A stretch of 64,000 bases of DNA from Laetmonice hystrix (taxonomy: Eukaryota): the NCBI GenBank assembly GCA_965235115.1, contig OZ249436.1, positions 42,162,001 to 42,226,000 on the forward strand, given 5' to 3'. Every line of letters begins with the position of its first letter. Within the stretch, counting starts at the first letter, position 1. The position numbers were made by a program, and so were the translations under genes. The notes under the pieces were generated by a model, which ran no database searches, had not been told where the DNA came from, and saw nothing but the letters and a program-made list of their open reading frames with translations. Shown here one piece after another: positions 31,601-46,600 of the stretch.

Positions 31601-34600
31601 TGGGAAGGGTTCTCTTTTCTCTTTTTGAGACGACTAAAAAAATAAGGGCACCTCACAACAGTTAGTGCATTCAAAATGGTGGAAAGAACAATGACAACCA
31701 GGCACATTCAACAGATCTTGCAGATCTTGAAAATACAACAAAGTTGAAAAAAAAGTTTTAAAAAATGTTTTGTAACCAAGGCAGGCGAAGGGTGGGATAA
31801 ACAGACAAGCACAAACATAACTCAAAGTAAAAATATTAATACATGCATGTTCAGTACAAAAACTTTTTAAAATCTGCTGAAACCTAACTTCAATCAATTT
31901 TTTAATCTTCAGTTACTTTTACATTAGTCTTACCTTAAAATAGCCATCATTACCTTGACTTGTGAAACCCAAATATGCGTAGCTGTAATTTTTTAGAGTT
32001 CACCTACTCTATAAGAAACTTCAGGCTCAATAATACATTTTATGTTGAATGGTTTCCATCATGACCTTTGGGGCCTATTGATTTTGTTGAAATTTCTGTT
32101 CATCCTAACATATTACATCAACTTGGTTTCTACTTTGAAGACAAAAGACGATGTCAAACAACTAGAAAAAAACCTTCATCTGGTTCAGATACATATATAG
32201 AAACATGACCTAAGCTGCATACATACCTAACCCAGACGTATACAGCCAACAAAACAGCGAATAGAACGACGGTGACCAGGGCGACACCAGCCGCCATGTT
32301 GGCCATGCGCATGTTGGCCTGCCGACTCTCATCTGAAAAAGATAACAGGAATTTCTAACTTATGAGAAACATCTTGGGGCTGACACACAAAGAAAACAAG
32401 CAATCTATTCAGAATTACCTTTACTTATTGCAGATGATTTATTTTTTTTTCGTTTCTGAACAGTTCATTCGATTTAAAAAAAAATTGTGATCAAAAATAA
32501 TTTACTAGATCTTCAAGAGTTAAAATACAAAATAGCAGTATTTCTAACTTGTAGCATTAAGCGTCAAACTTTTGTCCAACACATCTACTATTAACACTTA
32601 TTCAAAGCTCTCATTTCGAACAGACTCAGTCAGGTATTCATTCACGCGCAACATTATTCTATAATAACAATATTAACGTATATATACAACATAAAAAGGC
32701 AGAATTAAAATCAACACAATTAACTCCGTATACATCAGTGTTGCCAACCATGGTTTGGAAGGGAAGACTAATGCTTCCTTATTCTGTATCGAAGTTCTGC
32801 TTAACAAGTGACCGATAAGAACATTGATTTAGACAAGCGATAAGTTACGATTTCCCCCATTCGATTTATTAAACGGAACTTTAGCAATGATTTCAGTGGG
32901 TATTCCTGAATAGACACAACTATTCAAGTATTATAAATCTATACCATGCGACATGTATCTGTCGGCAGCTGAGGCCAGTTCATGGCCATTTCCACATTTA
33001 CCATCTGCATAGATTTGCTTGAAATTTATATGGAGTACAAGAGATAAATATAGGACGACAGTCCTAGGCTGGCAACACCTGGTATACATGGTCTGCATGC
33101 TGTATACATGTGTGTCTATTATACACATCCAGCTTTTTTCATCAATTAAAGTAAAACAGAACTATGCGGCAAAATTATGCGGTGTTGGAGGATCATAGCA
33201 GTGGAGAAAAAGGTAGTACAGAATGGACTGTCGAAATTCATCTTCCCTCGACAGTCAAAATAACATCAAATATTCTTTTCTTCATTTTAGAAGTCGAGAT
33301 ATTTTTAGTTGATCTGGGGATGCGGCGTATGTTCGAACTAGGTTTATTCGGAAGAAAAGCTGAAAATGTACACAGCTACACATATACATTCATACACATC
33401 GAACGAACGGAGGTAAATTTCAAATAAAATAAGCAAACACTTCAGGACGTTCATTAGAGAACATACAGTAAATCAATAAGGACCGCCAAAAACCATCATG
33501 TACAGTATTCAAAACATCCAAGTAATTAAACTAAAAATGCCTCCATTTCAGGCTCAAAACGCAAAGAGCAAAATATCTCGACTTCTATTTGACCTTGCAT
33601 TGCAAGGCCCACCGAAGCACAGCGCTGAATCAGTATTTAACCAGGGTAGAAGCCAGTTTCTACTCTTCCAGTGTTGCCCAATAATTGGAATTGGTGGGAC
33701 TTAACCCAGTTCAAACCTTTGTGACCCAAAGAAGATTTGCCCAAAGACCCAGGGAGGCGGCCTGTTGAGGCAGTACGGTGGAAGGGAGGGGCGGGGGGCA
33801 TTACACAGCCGGTGGATTGCGGGGGGGGGGGATTACACTCAATATGCACATCCTATGTACTTTAGTGTGATTCTATGGAATGAAGCTACCTGAGGTAACC
33901 GTCTCAGACCACGGTCACGGCCAGACAGGCCAACCAGGTGTTCCCGTGGACATCTGGCTGACCAAATGGCGACCAACCTTCCCGACTGACCTCCAGATAT
34001 CATGCCACACCAGCATGCCAAGATCGACACACACTCCTCGAGGACCAATCATACGACCAATCACAACCGGCCAGCGACCAATCATCCGACCAGAAACCAA
34101 TCATCCGACAAAATGACCCGTCTCATTCCAAACAGACGTGTAGCCTATTCCTACGAGGTTCTCATGAAAGCGTCACGACGGACCAGAATCGTATCGTATA
34201 TTATTAACACGGAAGTTCTCTTTCAGTGTCAGGAATAGGAGGGGCTCGCAGTGTTAGATGTTTCCCGCCGCAATCCCATCTGGTGAGGACTCGACATACT
34301 GTCACGCTCGGCAACTGTCACCAGCTGCCACGGGACGTATAATGAATGGAATATGCACCTAGAACCAACACTGCACGGGCACGGCTCCTCACTCCAGAAA
34401 ATCCTAAGTCACAGGAAGAAAATTCAATTTCTGTAATCTGCCTGAAGTTTTTACTATTTTAATTCACAGATTGGGTGTTTTTCGACGTTTTGAACACTTT
34501 CCTCGATTGAATCTGCTACATTCAATTTAGACCGCGAGCTGGATAAGAGACCTCCCTGTCCTCGAGTTCAGCAGGAAACCAGACCACCTTACGACAGGGA

Positions 34601-37600
34601 TCGTCCCGGAGCTGCCCCACAGCGGGGGGCACTGACATGGCGGCATGCTATGAACTGGGGGGAGGAAACCCTGAAAGCTGAGTTTAAACCATGACGGATG
34701 CAACCCTTCGGGCCAGACGGTTTCTTTGTTTAAAGATCCCATGTAAACTACATCCTATGCAGCTGACGAACACAGCCCCCATTGGTCGATCAAGAAACAA
34801 ATCGGAGGCCAGCACCTCCTCCCTCTTAGAAGTCGCCAGTCTCCATTCGGAACCTTGTATATGGTAACTTACGTTCGGTCATACAGCACCTGTCGGGCGC
34901 CTTTCTGGGGAAAGCATTAAAATAGTAGCCAGGCGGAGAGTCCCGCCGGCTGCGCTTTTGCAGCCTTGCCAAGGTAGTGGGGTCTGTGAAAGGTAGGAAC
35001 AAAGCACCTGTATGTTACATGGCGCATGTGAGTGGCAGCAAAAGAGTGAAAATCAGCATAGCTAGTTGCACCGCCATAGTATTAGTAAATAGGCCTGGCA
35101 GCTTTACAAACATACACCTTTGTTTCCCAAAAATAAACACCTTTCTTTTCATAATGCGACGGTTACTATCACAAATCTAAATTGTAAAAATTAAATTTCT
35201 GCAATCATGTCAAAAGTCTCAGAAAGGGGTAGTTTCATGTTGAAAAGAATATTTGACGTTTTCTTGAAAAATTCAACCTCCAGCTAATAAATCAATTTTG
35301 ATAGGTTTTTGAAATATATAAACTACACTGATTATCGGAATAGAAATTCGAAGGTTCCAACTATCAATATGTGATTCTTTGTGCTCAGTAGACTTTATGT
35401 AACAAGTACAAATTGATATGTCACGTATATATTCCTCATCTCTATTCAATAACTTCGGGTAGGTGAGTGTTGGCAATGGTGTTATTTGCAGTTTACATGC
35501 TATGTGTCCTCTGAATATTAGCTTTTATCATTTAGTCACTTATTTAATCAATATTAGATGCTGAGACACATCTGGCCTCTCGATGGTTTCTTAAGCCTAC
35601 ATTTCAGAAGTGGCTTCTTATGAAAACATTCCCATTAGTATAACCTTTGTCAGGTTAGAATATTTCCAGTGAAGTTAACTTTACATAATGGGCCTCAATA
35701 CCCTACAATGTATAAGGCACTTAATTCTACCTTATGCGTGATCAGAAACCTATCTCAAGACCCTCAATCTGCACACTCTATAGGAAATACCCAAAACTCA
35801 TTGTATTTATTTGTGATACATGTATTTCTGAATGGAATTCAATGTCTGGGAACATGACATATATTATTACAGAATGGGGCATTCGACTTCCGGGTCATGT
35901 CACGGACCCGAATAGTTTATTTAGATGGTTTTTTTCTACGGATGTACAGTTGAGTGTCACATCTCCAGGAAACCGGTCTACCATCCAGGATGCCGTTTCA
36001 AGGCCAGCCTCGAGCTTGAGAAAGAGGATGGGTCTACAGTTAGTTATCCTGTCATTGCGGACATCCCAGCAGGTTTCCCTCCTGTGGAGAGAATGTGAAC
36101 CGGTTTCATCCTATTACACGGAACCTTTTTACTTACGTCAAGCAATGACGTTTAACGTTGAGATTCTTTGAAAATCTTTTACTTACAGGCCTACGTCAAG
36201 CAATGACGTTTAACGTTGAGATTGTTTGAAAATCTTTTACTTACAGGCCTACGTCAAGCAATGACGTTTAACGTTGAAATTCTTTGAAAATCTTTTACTT
36301 ATAGGCCTACGTCAAGCAATGACGTTTAACGTTGAAGTTCTTTGAAAATCTAGATACTCTAGCCTTGGGCTGCGATGTCCTAAACTTCTGCAAATGTAGT
36401 CATAAATCCCAGTCATAAATCTAGCCAAAAAAAATACTTGGAAGGCCACCGCACCCTGGCCTGACCTAACCGCGACGCAATCCACCAGCCATTGACGGAT
36501 AATTGAAGGTCGCTTCGCAGTCACGTTAGGCCGATATATGCCGTGGCTTTATGAAACCGATACGTAAAACAATACTGCGTGTAGTTTTGAGATTTTAGAG
36601 AATCCTTTAGAAAAATCAGACTGCTTATGGTATCCATTGCAGCAGAAGCCCGTGCCTGTCCGGTCCACGTTTCTCAAGACTGATGGGAAGCATGCTGCAC
36701 AACATGCCACGAGCACGGCATCTGTGATCACATGATCTCTTCGGTAAGCACTGGTCAGGTGTTACATTTCTGGAATGCTTGCAATGTCAACGCATTCCGG
36801 GAGGACACGCCCATCTAAGACTCCTCAATGCGAGAACTCCCCCCAGCCCCGACCCATCCTATTACGGAGACATTAATAAATCAGACTGTAAACTTTTCGT
36901 TCAATTCTAATGTTCACGGAGAGAAATGGAAAAATGGATGTCCTGACATCGTCAAAGCGGAGCTTGGGAAGTGGGGTTCTTGCAATCATGGTGAACACAA
37001 CTTCTTGCATCATCATCATCCATTCCAGGCATCACTTTCACAAGCGGTTACTGCTCGCTGCTTGAGCTGACCGACAGCCCCGTGATGGGGCGAGGTCCTC
37101 GTGAACATGCCACTGTCACGACTGTGCAACGACAGCAGAACGCTCTATATTAGTCCATAAACAACGACATTCTCGTCAGATGATCCATGATCGATATGCG
37201 TGTTTAAAACAGACCTGTTTCCACACTGTCAGTGGGGACACTATCGTCAGTATGTTTTCATTCGATTCATTGTCAACGCGATGAAGACAATTGTTTGGGG
37301 GATAGGTCTATGGCCTTCCGGACACTGCGTCCTATACACTGCATTCTTCGTGGGGCAGGTCCGGTAGTTTCATTGACTGTGTCAACTCCAGTGACAATAT
37401 CCAGAGCACAAAGGCAATGGGTCGGAGGATCAGGACACATGGCGGTAATATAACCGTTTGGTGTTGACAGTACTTGTACCAATGTAAAATACTGATGACA
37501 GCCGTCGTATCAGTGTTAAACCTGGGAATCAGGCACACTTCAGGGCACACAACACCGCTTGTTGGGCCTCCTTCCCGCCCAAACAGGGCCAATCGGCTTG

Positions 37601-40600
37601 GCACACTCGCAACAACGGGTGTACGCTAGCCAAACATAATCTAACAGCTTATAGAAAACCCTGGGGCCTGGGGAATACTACATGCTCTGTTTACTGGAAA
37701 GAAAGGAAACTGTGAAATGACAGCGAACAGCAATACTGGTAGTAAAGTAACCAAAGTATTTGGTAGGAATAAAACGAAAGTAGAAGACATAGCAGAACCG
37801 GTGTGGAGAACCTCGAGTGATACTTGAGTGACGAAAACAGTTCTAAAGACACCATACAAAATTGCTTGAGAAGCTCTGTACGCGCTCTAAATGTCTGAGT
37901 CTGAAACCAGTTGCCTGGCGGCCATAATCCTTACTGTTACAGCAGAGGTCATGGCAGTAACAGATATTTCGTTCCCCACTGTTTCAAAGATAGATAACTA
38001 CGCAGCGGTGAGCAAAATTCTAATCTGGGTTAAGGCCTGTGCTGTATAAAGGTGAACTCTGGGACTGCGTAATCCTGGTGAAAACTAACGTTAGACTTTT
38101 CCAAGAAACAACCAAGGTTAAAACATTACGGTAATGCTATTAATAGTGCTGAACTATCAGGGCGAATCCAGGGGGCCAAGGGATATTCGCCCGCACTGCT
38201 TCGAAGCCACTCTTTCCATCTGATCTCAGCTGAATCCTCTCTTAAAAGTTTCATTTGACCTAGTATTTTCTCTTACGGGCTCCCCCAAATCCTGGATCCG
38301 CCACTGAAAATCCTTCTCTTGAATAATTCAAATATTACGAGAAAAAATTAATCAAAGCAAATGAAACTAACGAGGAACACGTAAAACTGACCTATTATCT
38401 ACCACAACGTATTTTGCAAAAAAATGTTAGAAACTTAGCACTAGATACGAACGACAATATATGGCTCACAACTGTCTGTAAAACCACACGTGGAGTAAGC
38501 TTTACTAAAAGCACGTTTAAATTTGACATCAATAAAGCAAGCAGAGACCTGTACTAAGTGGAGAACAAAGCCATCTTACAGATTAACACGTCCATCATCT
38601 GTCTCAGACATTTAACACGGTTTTAACCAGATAGATATTTTTCTCAAAGGCACTCGCAAATTGTTACTCGTATTACAGGTTGTTTCTTTTGTTGTTGTTC
38701 TTGTTGCGGCTGTTTATTATGATCATTAGCTTACTGGAAAATAGTCAAAAAAGTTATATTATTGAGTTTCAATTTATTCCGAAAATTTGGAATGTTTTTA
38801 AATTTTTCTTTGCCATGCCATTAATTTTATCGCCGTTTTTATAAGTCTCAATCATAAAGAAATATTTTATAATGATTTTTCTTAAACGTTACTCATTTTT
38901 TGTATTAAAAACTTCTGTAAATAAAGAGTATTGAGTTTTTGGCTTTGGGGTTTTCCCCCAAACGTATCCCATATTAAATCAATGATTACTATGTGTTTGT
39001 GGAATTTGTAATGATCACAGAAAAACGAAGATTTAAATAGTGCAATAGAAAAGTCCTTTTAGTAGGTGTTCACGGTTGAGCAGGGCCCAGCTGCATTTGA
39101 TACAATCAGTAATTCTGACAGCATTTTCAATTATAAAGAATATGCCTTCAATTATTTGATCTGACCTTATCAAATCAAATTCTTGTCAATGATGCAACTG
39201 ATCCCTGATCCTTTATGGCACACCTCGGCATGGCAGTAAAATTAAACGAGATCGATTCTTCTGAGACAGATCCATAGGATATAGTTTTGTGGGAAATTTT
39301 AGAACACCCTTTAAGCAAATATGTTTGCTTTAAGTTTGGTGTCACTGGGTTTGTTAGGGCACCGCTCCCACCGAGTACAAAGGTCAGAGAAGAGTAATGC
39401 AGATTTCTTAAGGAGACAGAACGTCCAAGCCATGCACACATGCAAAAGAGCAGAGCGACTTACATATTGTTGGATCAATGAACTTGTATTGACAGTTTAT
39501 CCCTGTCCACTCAGCAGTGCAGCTGAAATGTTACAACAAATGCACAACTTAGCCATGTATCCTCAGACTTCAGACTGACAGCCAAACCTTGCCGCAGAGA
39601 ACGACCACTGCCCAGTATGGCAACGGAGGCACAGTACCCAAGACAGCCACATGAGGGCTCTACCAGTATCCCTGCTATGCCTTGGGCTAAAAGTTCAGGC
39701 ACGGCTTCTAAGAGTAATGCTGAAAGAAAAGCTAACATGAGCACAAGAAACAACTTGGAACGCATGACAATAATAGTACTGTACACACTTACAGATTCTA
39801 GGGTCATATTCCTGACACCCGTGGCCAACCCAGGGGATCGGGCAACTGGAAGGTAGAAACTTGTAAGCTAGAGGGTCAACTAGTCAGTGCATATTCCATC
39901 ACCAGGGTGCGCGCAACAGTTGGGATTAGTGAATACAAATTAGCAGTAAAAACAATCACTCACATGGTGGGATAAACACGTATTGGCATTGCGTTCCAGT
40001 ATACATTTCAGAACAACTAGAAATAATACATAAATATATTATGTTTACATGTTCCAGATCCTTATCATTTGTAATGTACTTGTTTTATTAGTTTGGACTT
40101 CTTTAACTTTAATTATTACATAAATATCTATGTAATCAGGTCTTTATGAAAAGATATATCTAGGTTATAAGATAACAAAATACATTGAAACAGACGCTAA
40201 ATTTGCGAAATTACCTTTTGCCAAGCTAAAAGCATTGGTCTCCCTTAATGAGATTAGTGCCCTGTTGGAAACAGCTTGTGCCAAACTACTGTGAACCTTC
40301 AAAGCGTACTAGTAACTAACACCTGTTGGCAATCTGGTTCAGCCCTGCCCTCCATCACTTCCGGAGTCAATTACTTATACATACTGATTAAATCAGGTCA
40401 TAATTGGCCCGGAGATGTGTTACCGGAAGTTCTAAAGCTCGTGGGTAAGAACCAGTTTACTCTTAAAGTTTAAAAAATTTCGAAATGCACTAGAATTGAG
40501 CATCAGTAATATGGTTTGAAGTGGCCAACATATTAAGTAAATAGGCAGGTTCTTGAAATATGAAGTATAAAGCCGGAAAGGTATCAAGCAAATGTTCTGA

Positions 40601-43600
40601 GGATTACTTGAAGTTGTGCTTTTAAGGGATTAACTTCATGACAGTAACAAAAAGACACACTTGACATATTCATGAGACATTCACTTCTTAATGAAAATTT
40701 ACTTTTTTAAACATCAATCTATGGTATCAAAATAAAAACTTTAAAAACTTCTTACAAGAAGCAAAAAGAAGAAAGAACAGCTGTCGTTTATGAATTCCCT
40801 TTAGAAATGCAATATCTGAGCTGACAATATTAATTAGACATTATATTTGTTAATCTATTTCAAACCTATCAACGCTGATTGAGGACCACCAGTATATTCC
40901 CGTACACCATGCATTGCGGTATGAATGAGAAATCGTTACAAATGATATCAAGCCCCTCTTGACATTTTCTGGCGGCCTACCTGCAAGCTTCCCGTCGGAC
41001 ATTATTGATGATGGTGACAAAACAAGTGCCCCCATGGAGACACCGTGCTTGTTCAAATTCTTCGGGTGTGCATTCCTGTTTCTCATCCGCGCTGGAAGGG
41101 ATCGAGCCCTGCATGGGTGTGGGCGCGGGGGTGGTTATGGCCTGTGCTGCCCTTCTATAACACCCTTCTAGAAACACACCAAACAACACAGAAACATACG
41201 TTAATACGTCAGCCTTTTATCTCGTAAATATGGGTCGGATTACGATATTACATGGACTTATATTACAAACCTTCGGGCGACACATCAACGCTTTTAACAA
41301 GCGAGCGTCCCAGAATCTTTTTTTAGTACTTTTCTGACAACTCCCCCCCCCCCCCGTTTCTGAACTGGTCAATAGTGAGATTTCTATCAATCAGCAATTC
41401 CTCTATATTACAAAATTATCTGTATCAATATTAAATTTCAAACAAGTTTTGACCATGGTATGTACGCCCTGCAGATGTGTTAGAACACGGAAGTGAAACA
41501 TGGGTGCTACCCCAGCCGAGGGCGAGTCGTACTTCTGGAATGGAGGACGCCGTCCGGACCCACCCACTACACGCGGTACCAGCCGTTTTTGTCACGGGGT
41601 CACACGACTGCCACCAACCACATCACAGGACCCCGGATCACAATGGTGACGTGACCCTTTCAAGATGTCACTTTCTGTGATACTGCTAGTGTCTGCTAAA
41701 CCGGCAAAATAAGGATGTGGTGGGGTTTTTTTCTCCGCTCCCAGAAGCAACAGAAACATAACACCGGCGACTATAAACTTGGTACAAAAAATTATTGATT
41801 TTCTTTGCCTTGGGATTGGAATTGAAACCATCTTTCTCTGTCATACATGATTACCGATACATTGTGTATATGATTGGACATGATGGCGGTATCCATAGGG
41901 ATCATCCCATGACACCGAGCCCCCCCCCCCGGGATCATCTCTGCGTACCAGTTGTTAGATTATAGGCACTTATCTGATATCCGCCTATAATAACAAATGA
42001 TAGGCCTTCATATATCAGTGCTTATCCTTAAAAAAGTCGTACTAAATATGTCAAATGACACGTCTTGCGGAACGTATCAATAATTGTTTTCTTTCTCTCT
42101 ACTTTATCAACAAGATCATCACAGAGAAAGAACCCATTCACTGCCCTAGATCGAGAAGTCAGGACCTTGTGTCTTGTAGACACCAGTTTGACATAATTGT
42201 TTCGACTGTAGTTCAATATTTAGGACGTTTCCTCATATATCACCTAAATTCCTTCCCAGTGCTGTTTAAATTTTCCACTTGGTTGAACAGTCATCCAGTG
42301 CGCGCTTTGCACGACATCCATGTTCACGAAAACTTTAAAAGTGTTTACTTCAACGTTTCCTCCCTTGACCGAATTTAGCTGTCCTAGAATTAGCAAGTCT
42401 ACGGCTTATTTCCAGAAACACCTGAAACCTCTTGATTGCCTCAGAGTTCCGAGAATAGAATTGTGAGTCAAGATCCCTGCTAGTAATACTTTCATCGTTT
42501 TATTTCTGGGGGAATTTCAAGGCTGGAGGCCTATTATAACTTTCTTACCACTAACCTACATGTATACATTTACCCACAATATTCCTGTTAGCCCAATCAA
42601 TATGCTCCGGCACCTCCCCTGTGACTTAATTTCCAAAGCAGTTCTCTCTGACTAATTCGCTCAGCAACATCCTCCTTCGCGTGGTTTTGAGAATTCCATC
42701 TCGCCTCACTTCCTTGTTGTGTGTGCCACTAACGGATGAAACCGAGAAAGCGGGCTAGCTGTGCCCGAGAGTTGACATCCCCATCCAAACTTATTCCCAC
42801 GTCCTGTTATATAGTTGACCTGCTACACGCCAATCTTTCGTCGACCAGCAATCATTTCAGCACTGCTCCACCTCTGCCCACAAAGGCATGACCTGTCCTA
42901 TATTATGGTGCCGCTCCCTTACTGTAAAACTGATGATTTGGTCCGACTGTCATCGAAAGACAAGTTATCGTTATCGTATATAGATACTGTTAATGACTAT
43001 AATCTGGATACTTGATTTACACAAACCATCGACCCACTAATATTATGACAAAGAAATGTTTTCGCCCCAGATTTATTCTCTCCATTGATAGCAAGCCATC
43101 ATGTTCACTTTCTGCCGAGGTCCAAGCTTATAACAAAACATATAACAAATCATAAAGTAATATGTATTAGTGAAATCCTTTTATCCCAATACGCCTGTGC
43201 AATTCCCTGTGTGGCAGTTGTCTTCATAAAACTGACCTGATATGTTCTCCCTTCACGAGGTATATAACACTCTCTCTCTCTCACCTTAATCCCCAGGTGA
43301 GAATACGAGGCGAAGACTTGGAGGTAAACACGATACAATATTTCCATTTCCATCTGAGGGACGTTTCAATCCTGAGCAAAAAGATATATGACCCGCTACA
43401 TTACCAGCACACTTCCTTGCAGAATTCGAGTACAGATTTACTTTCCAATATCAACCTCCATTCAGAACTTCTGGCAAAGGTCGAACTGGATCACAAGTAG
43501 TTCACAATAACTTTTGTTTGCTCGCTGTCGAAAGCGAGCATAATGTTCTGGCCACTCATCCATAGATTGTTTCCTAAATGTGCTAATACAGGCAAAAAGT

Positions 43601-46600
43601 ATGCCATTGGGTCATGGTTTGAGCCAAATTGGGCCTGATGGATAGAAACATGTGATGGTAAACAACTCAACAAACGTCATGAAAGCATGGCGGGGAGAAG
43701 TGGCCATTAGAAGTATACATGTATAGTGCTGATTATTTTGGTCTGGGCTCATACCAATAACATTGCCGACATTGTTAAATGGAACAATAATAGCTGGCCG
43801 ACTAGAACATAAGTGTATGTACCCCCTACCAAAAGGTTAGCTTGGCTGGTGCAGCCATGGGAAGTTTGTCAACCCCCAGAATACAGTTCTCATCTTCAAT
43901 TCAGAACAGAACATCCATTTCGATCAATATATTGTGTCGTTCACATTATAGGGCCCGCCTGAGAACTAACCCCCCCCCCCCCCCCCCTCGCCTCGAGTCC
44001 TGTATGTTCACTGACATACTTATTTTTACCTCTGGGGACTCGCTAAACTAGATCATCTCCTGATCAGTATGCCCTAATATTGGAGACCAGCATATGGTTG
44101 TTATTGATTATCTTCTCAATATAGACTACGTTCAGAACCGGTATTACAAGCTACATGTTTTTTGTACCTTAAATAGACCTGTGTCTGTCTTCACACGCTT
44201 ACAAGTAGGATACTATCAGAAAGACGCCATGGCAATTGGCAAAGTTCTCATCTAGATACGCTCTACTTGTCCAAAATTCAAGTGCCGTCTCTAAATAGGC
44301 CATGCGTACGTTATACCTGTTATAACGATAGGGAAAGGAACCGCCTGTTTGGTGCAGTCTTTCGAAACATCATCATTATTGTTACTTGAGGGGACCAAGT
44401 GTCCATATCAGGCTAGACCACGTGCTTCCCAATCGCTCTCTGAATCCAGGGCCACATCAAGTCAATATCTCAATACCACGGTTATCAATTAAACTGTTTC
44501 ACCTTGGAATAAAATGATAAGGATAGTTACCATCTGATCCGCAAATAGTGCTGAGGAGTTCCGCAGTGAAATCTGCAGTCACTTGCGACGCTAACTCTTC
44601 CATAATAGCAGTCATGTAAAGATCTATCAGAATAATCCTAATGATGACCAAGTGGAGTGCGTGAGCTGGGATCTATAGGTCCTGGTGTTTGATCTCCCCT
44701 ACACCGTTCTGAATCCTCCACGGCTGACACTTCGGAATATATATACCCCGGCGTGTTATAGTTTGTGCGTGTGATAATGCTGGCACTGCTGTCCAAGTTA
44801 CAGGCGCGTAATGTATACCCTGCTTGCGTGTTGCTGACGACCCAACGGGATCATGCTGGTAGCTTGTTGGTCTTTAACTCCATATATGGCCGTCATCGGC
44901 CAACCCACTTCCGTCTTGGCAGCCAATGATGGACAGCTGACCTAAAGCTACGGGAAAGTCCTGAGGCGGAAACTATCAAATGGCATCGGTGAGAATCATG
45001 AGTGGTCGTGGATCGACAGTGGGAGAGCGTTGACTGATCTGCTGCCTACACTGTCGTCACAGCCACCCCGCGCAGATGCCTGTCATGCCTGTCTGGAAGC
45101 CTCACTTGACGTATTTCCATGTCCGCCTGGCTGAGCAATGACCACCTTGATCCCATCGTCAACGTCATCCAAGAGTAACTGTTGAATCTGGTGTCTGCGG
45201 TCCAAATGACTGTGGCTATCCACAAAACTACGAGGAACCGTGTTACCCACCGGTCCAGATGAACTCATGAACTTAGAAAAACGCTTCCCCATTCGAGTTG
45301 AAAATTGGTCGGCGATTTTCGATTGGATCTTTTTTGTCTCTTCCTGCTGAGATCATGCATGACACATACTTGTCCCCAGTTTTAGAAACTGACGAATCTG
45401 TAGAATTTCAAGATCATGCAGATAGCTTCCCTCTCTGGAGAGCATGCGACTGGGGTAGGCTCTAAATAAAAGTGGTCCAGCCCACCCATAGACTTAAACA
45501 GACGATCCTCTCCGGTTTTTCCGAGCACTGCTTTGTATACTCAGGCTTGAGCTTCCCAACTGAGCTCTACAACCACCTCATGTAAGTAACCAACCAACCC
45601 CCCTTCTTTTTTACAGCACCGCAAGGATTTTATTCATTACCCGGGGCAGGTTCACCGCATACAGCACCGAGCCCCTAGCTGTCTGTTGCGTCTCTGTCTG
45701 CTACGCAAATCTCTCCTAAACGTGACCCCAGATAGATTACGGCACAGAATCCTGTCTACTGTCTACAAACACCCATTTGTCTTGGACATTAAAAGGTTAT
45801 TCTCATGACTGAGATATGATTGTATGGAGGGGGGGGGGTGGATGAAGGCAGTAATCGTGTGACTGGTGATTGGTATATAATGAGGGTTTAATTCCAGAAT
45901 GGAGACATATTGTGGTTTATGATATCCCAACTGTCACCAGCCATACGTGAGCTGGCCGGGTTGAGGCTGGGTGGGGGGGGGGGATGCCGGTCCCTGCTCT
46001 GACTCCTTCAAACCTCACACAGTCTATCTCCGCCAGAGTTCACTTTGGTTTCACAAGGCAGTGTCTGGGTTCCTGTTCTACTGCATGTATAAAACGATGT
46101 ATCCAACCACTCCCCTTGCGTCAACTGGGCATCAATTAACCACCATTCCGCACTCTCTTCACATTCCGATCGTCTCACAATGGTCTTTCTGTCTTCGTCT
46201 GTATACAATTGGTCCCGCCCTGTATGAGCCAATAGTTTTCAAGTTTAATACCGGTTACAACTTCTGTACTTGATCATGTCCATACCAGTAATTAACTACC
46301 GCTTAGCTACACCTCTTCAGACATTGATAATAGATGTATTTCGTTCTCAGGGTAGCAATGATTCCATCCACAAACATGTCGCCTTAATAGAAGTGTTTCA
46401 AACTGGGCCAACAGAAAAACAAGAAAACTCCTTGCAATTTCCACTGTTTGTTTTCATTCCAAGGCTTCATTCCCACGGAAGGTATGGCGCGGGTAATGTG
46501 GTTATGTAGTGACCCAATTTGGTCTAAGATATACCACCTCCAGTCGTGCTCGAGGAAGGTCAGAGCACTGGAACTTGAGCCTGTCTCTGGCTGCTATTCA

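Noticed and set aside
34760..34805. CTGACGA...GAAA as a hammerhead ribozyme core
   Set aside because: No supporting stems I-III could be formed; other CTGATGA sites I checked also lacked them.
39511..39828. Minus-strand ORF with signal-peptide-like MRSKLFLVLMLAFLSALLLEA
   Set aside because: Intronic, no recognisable domain or convincing splice partner; cannot be supported without expression data.
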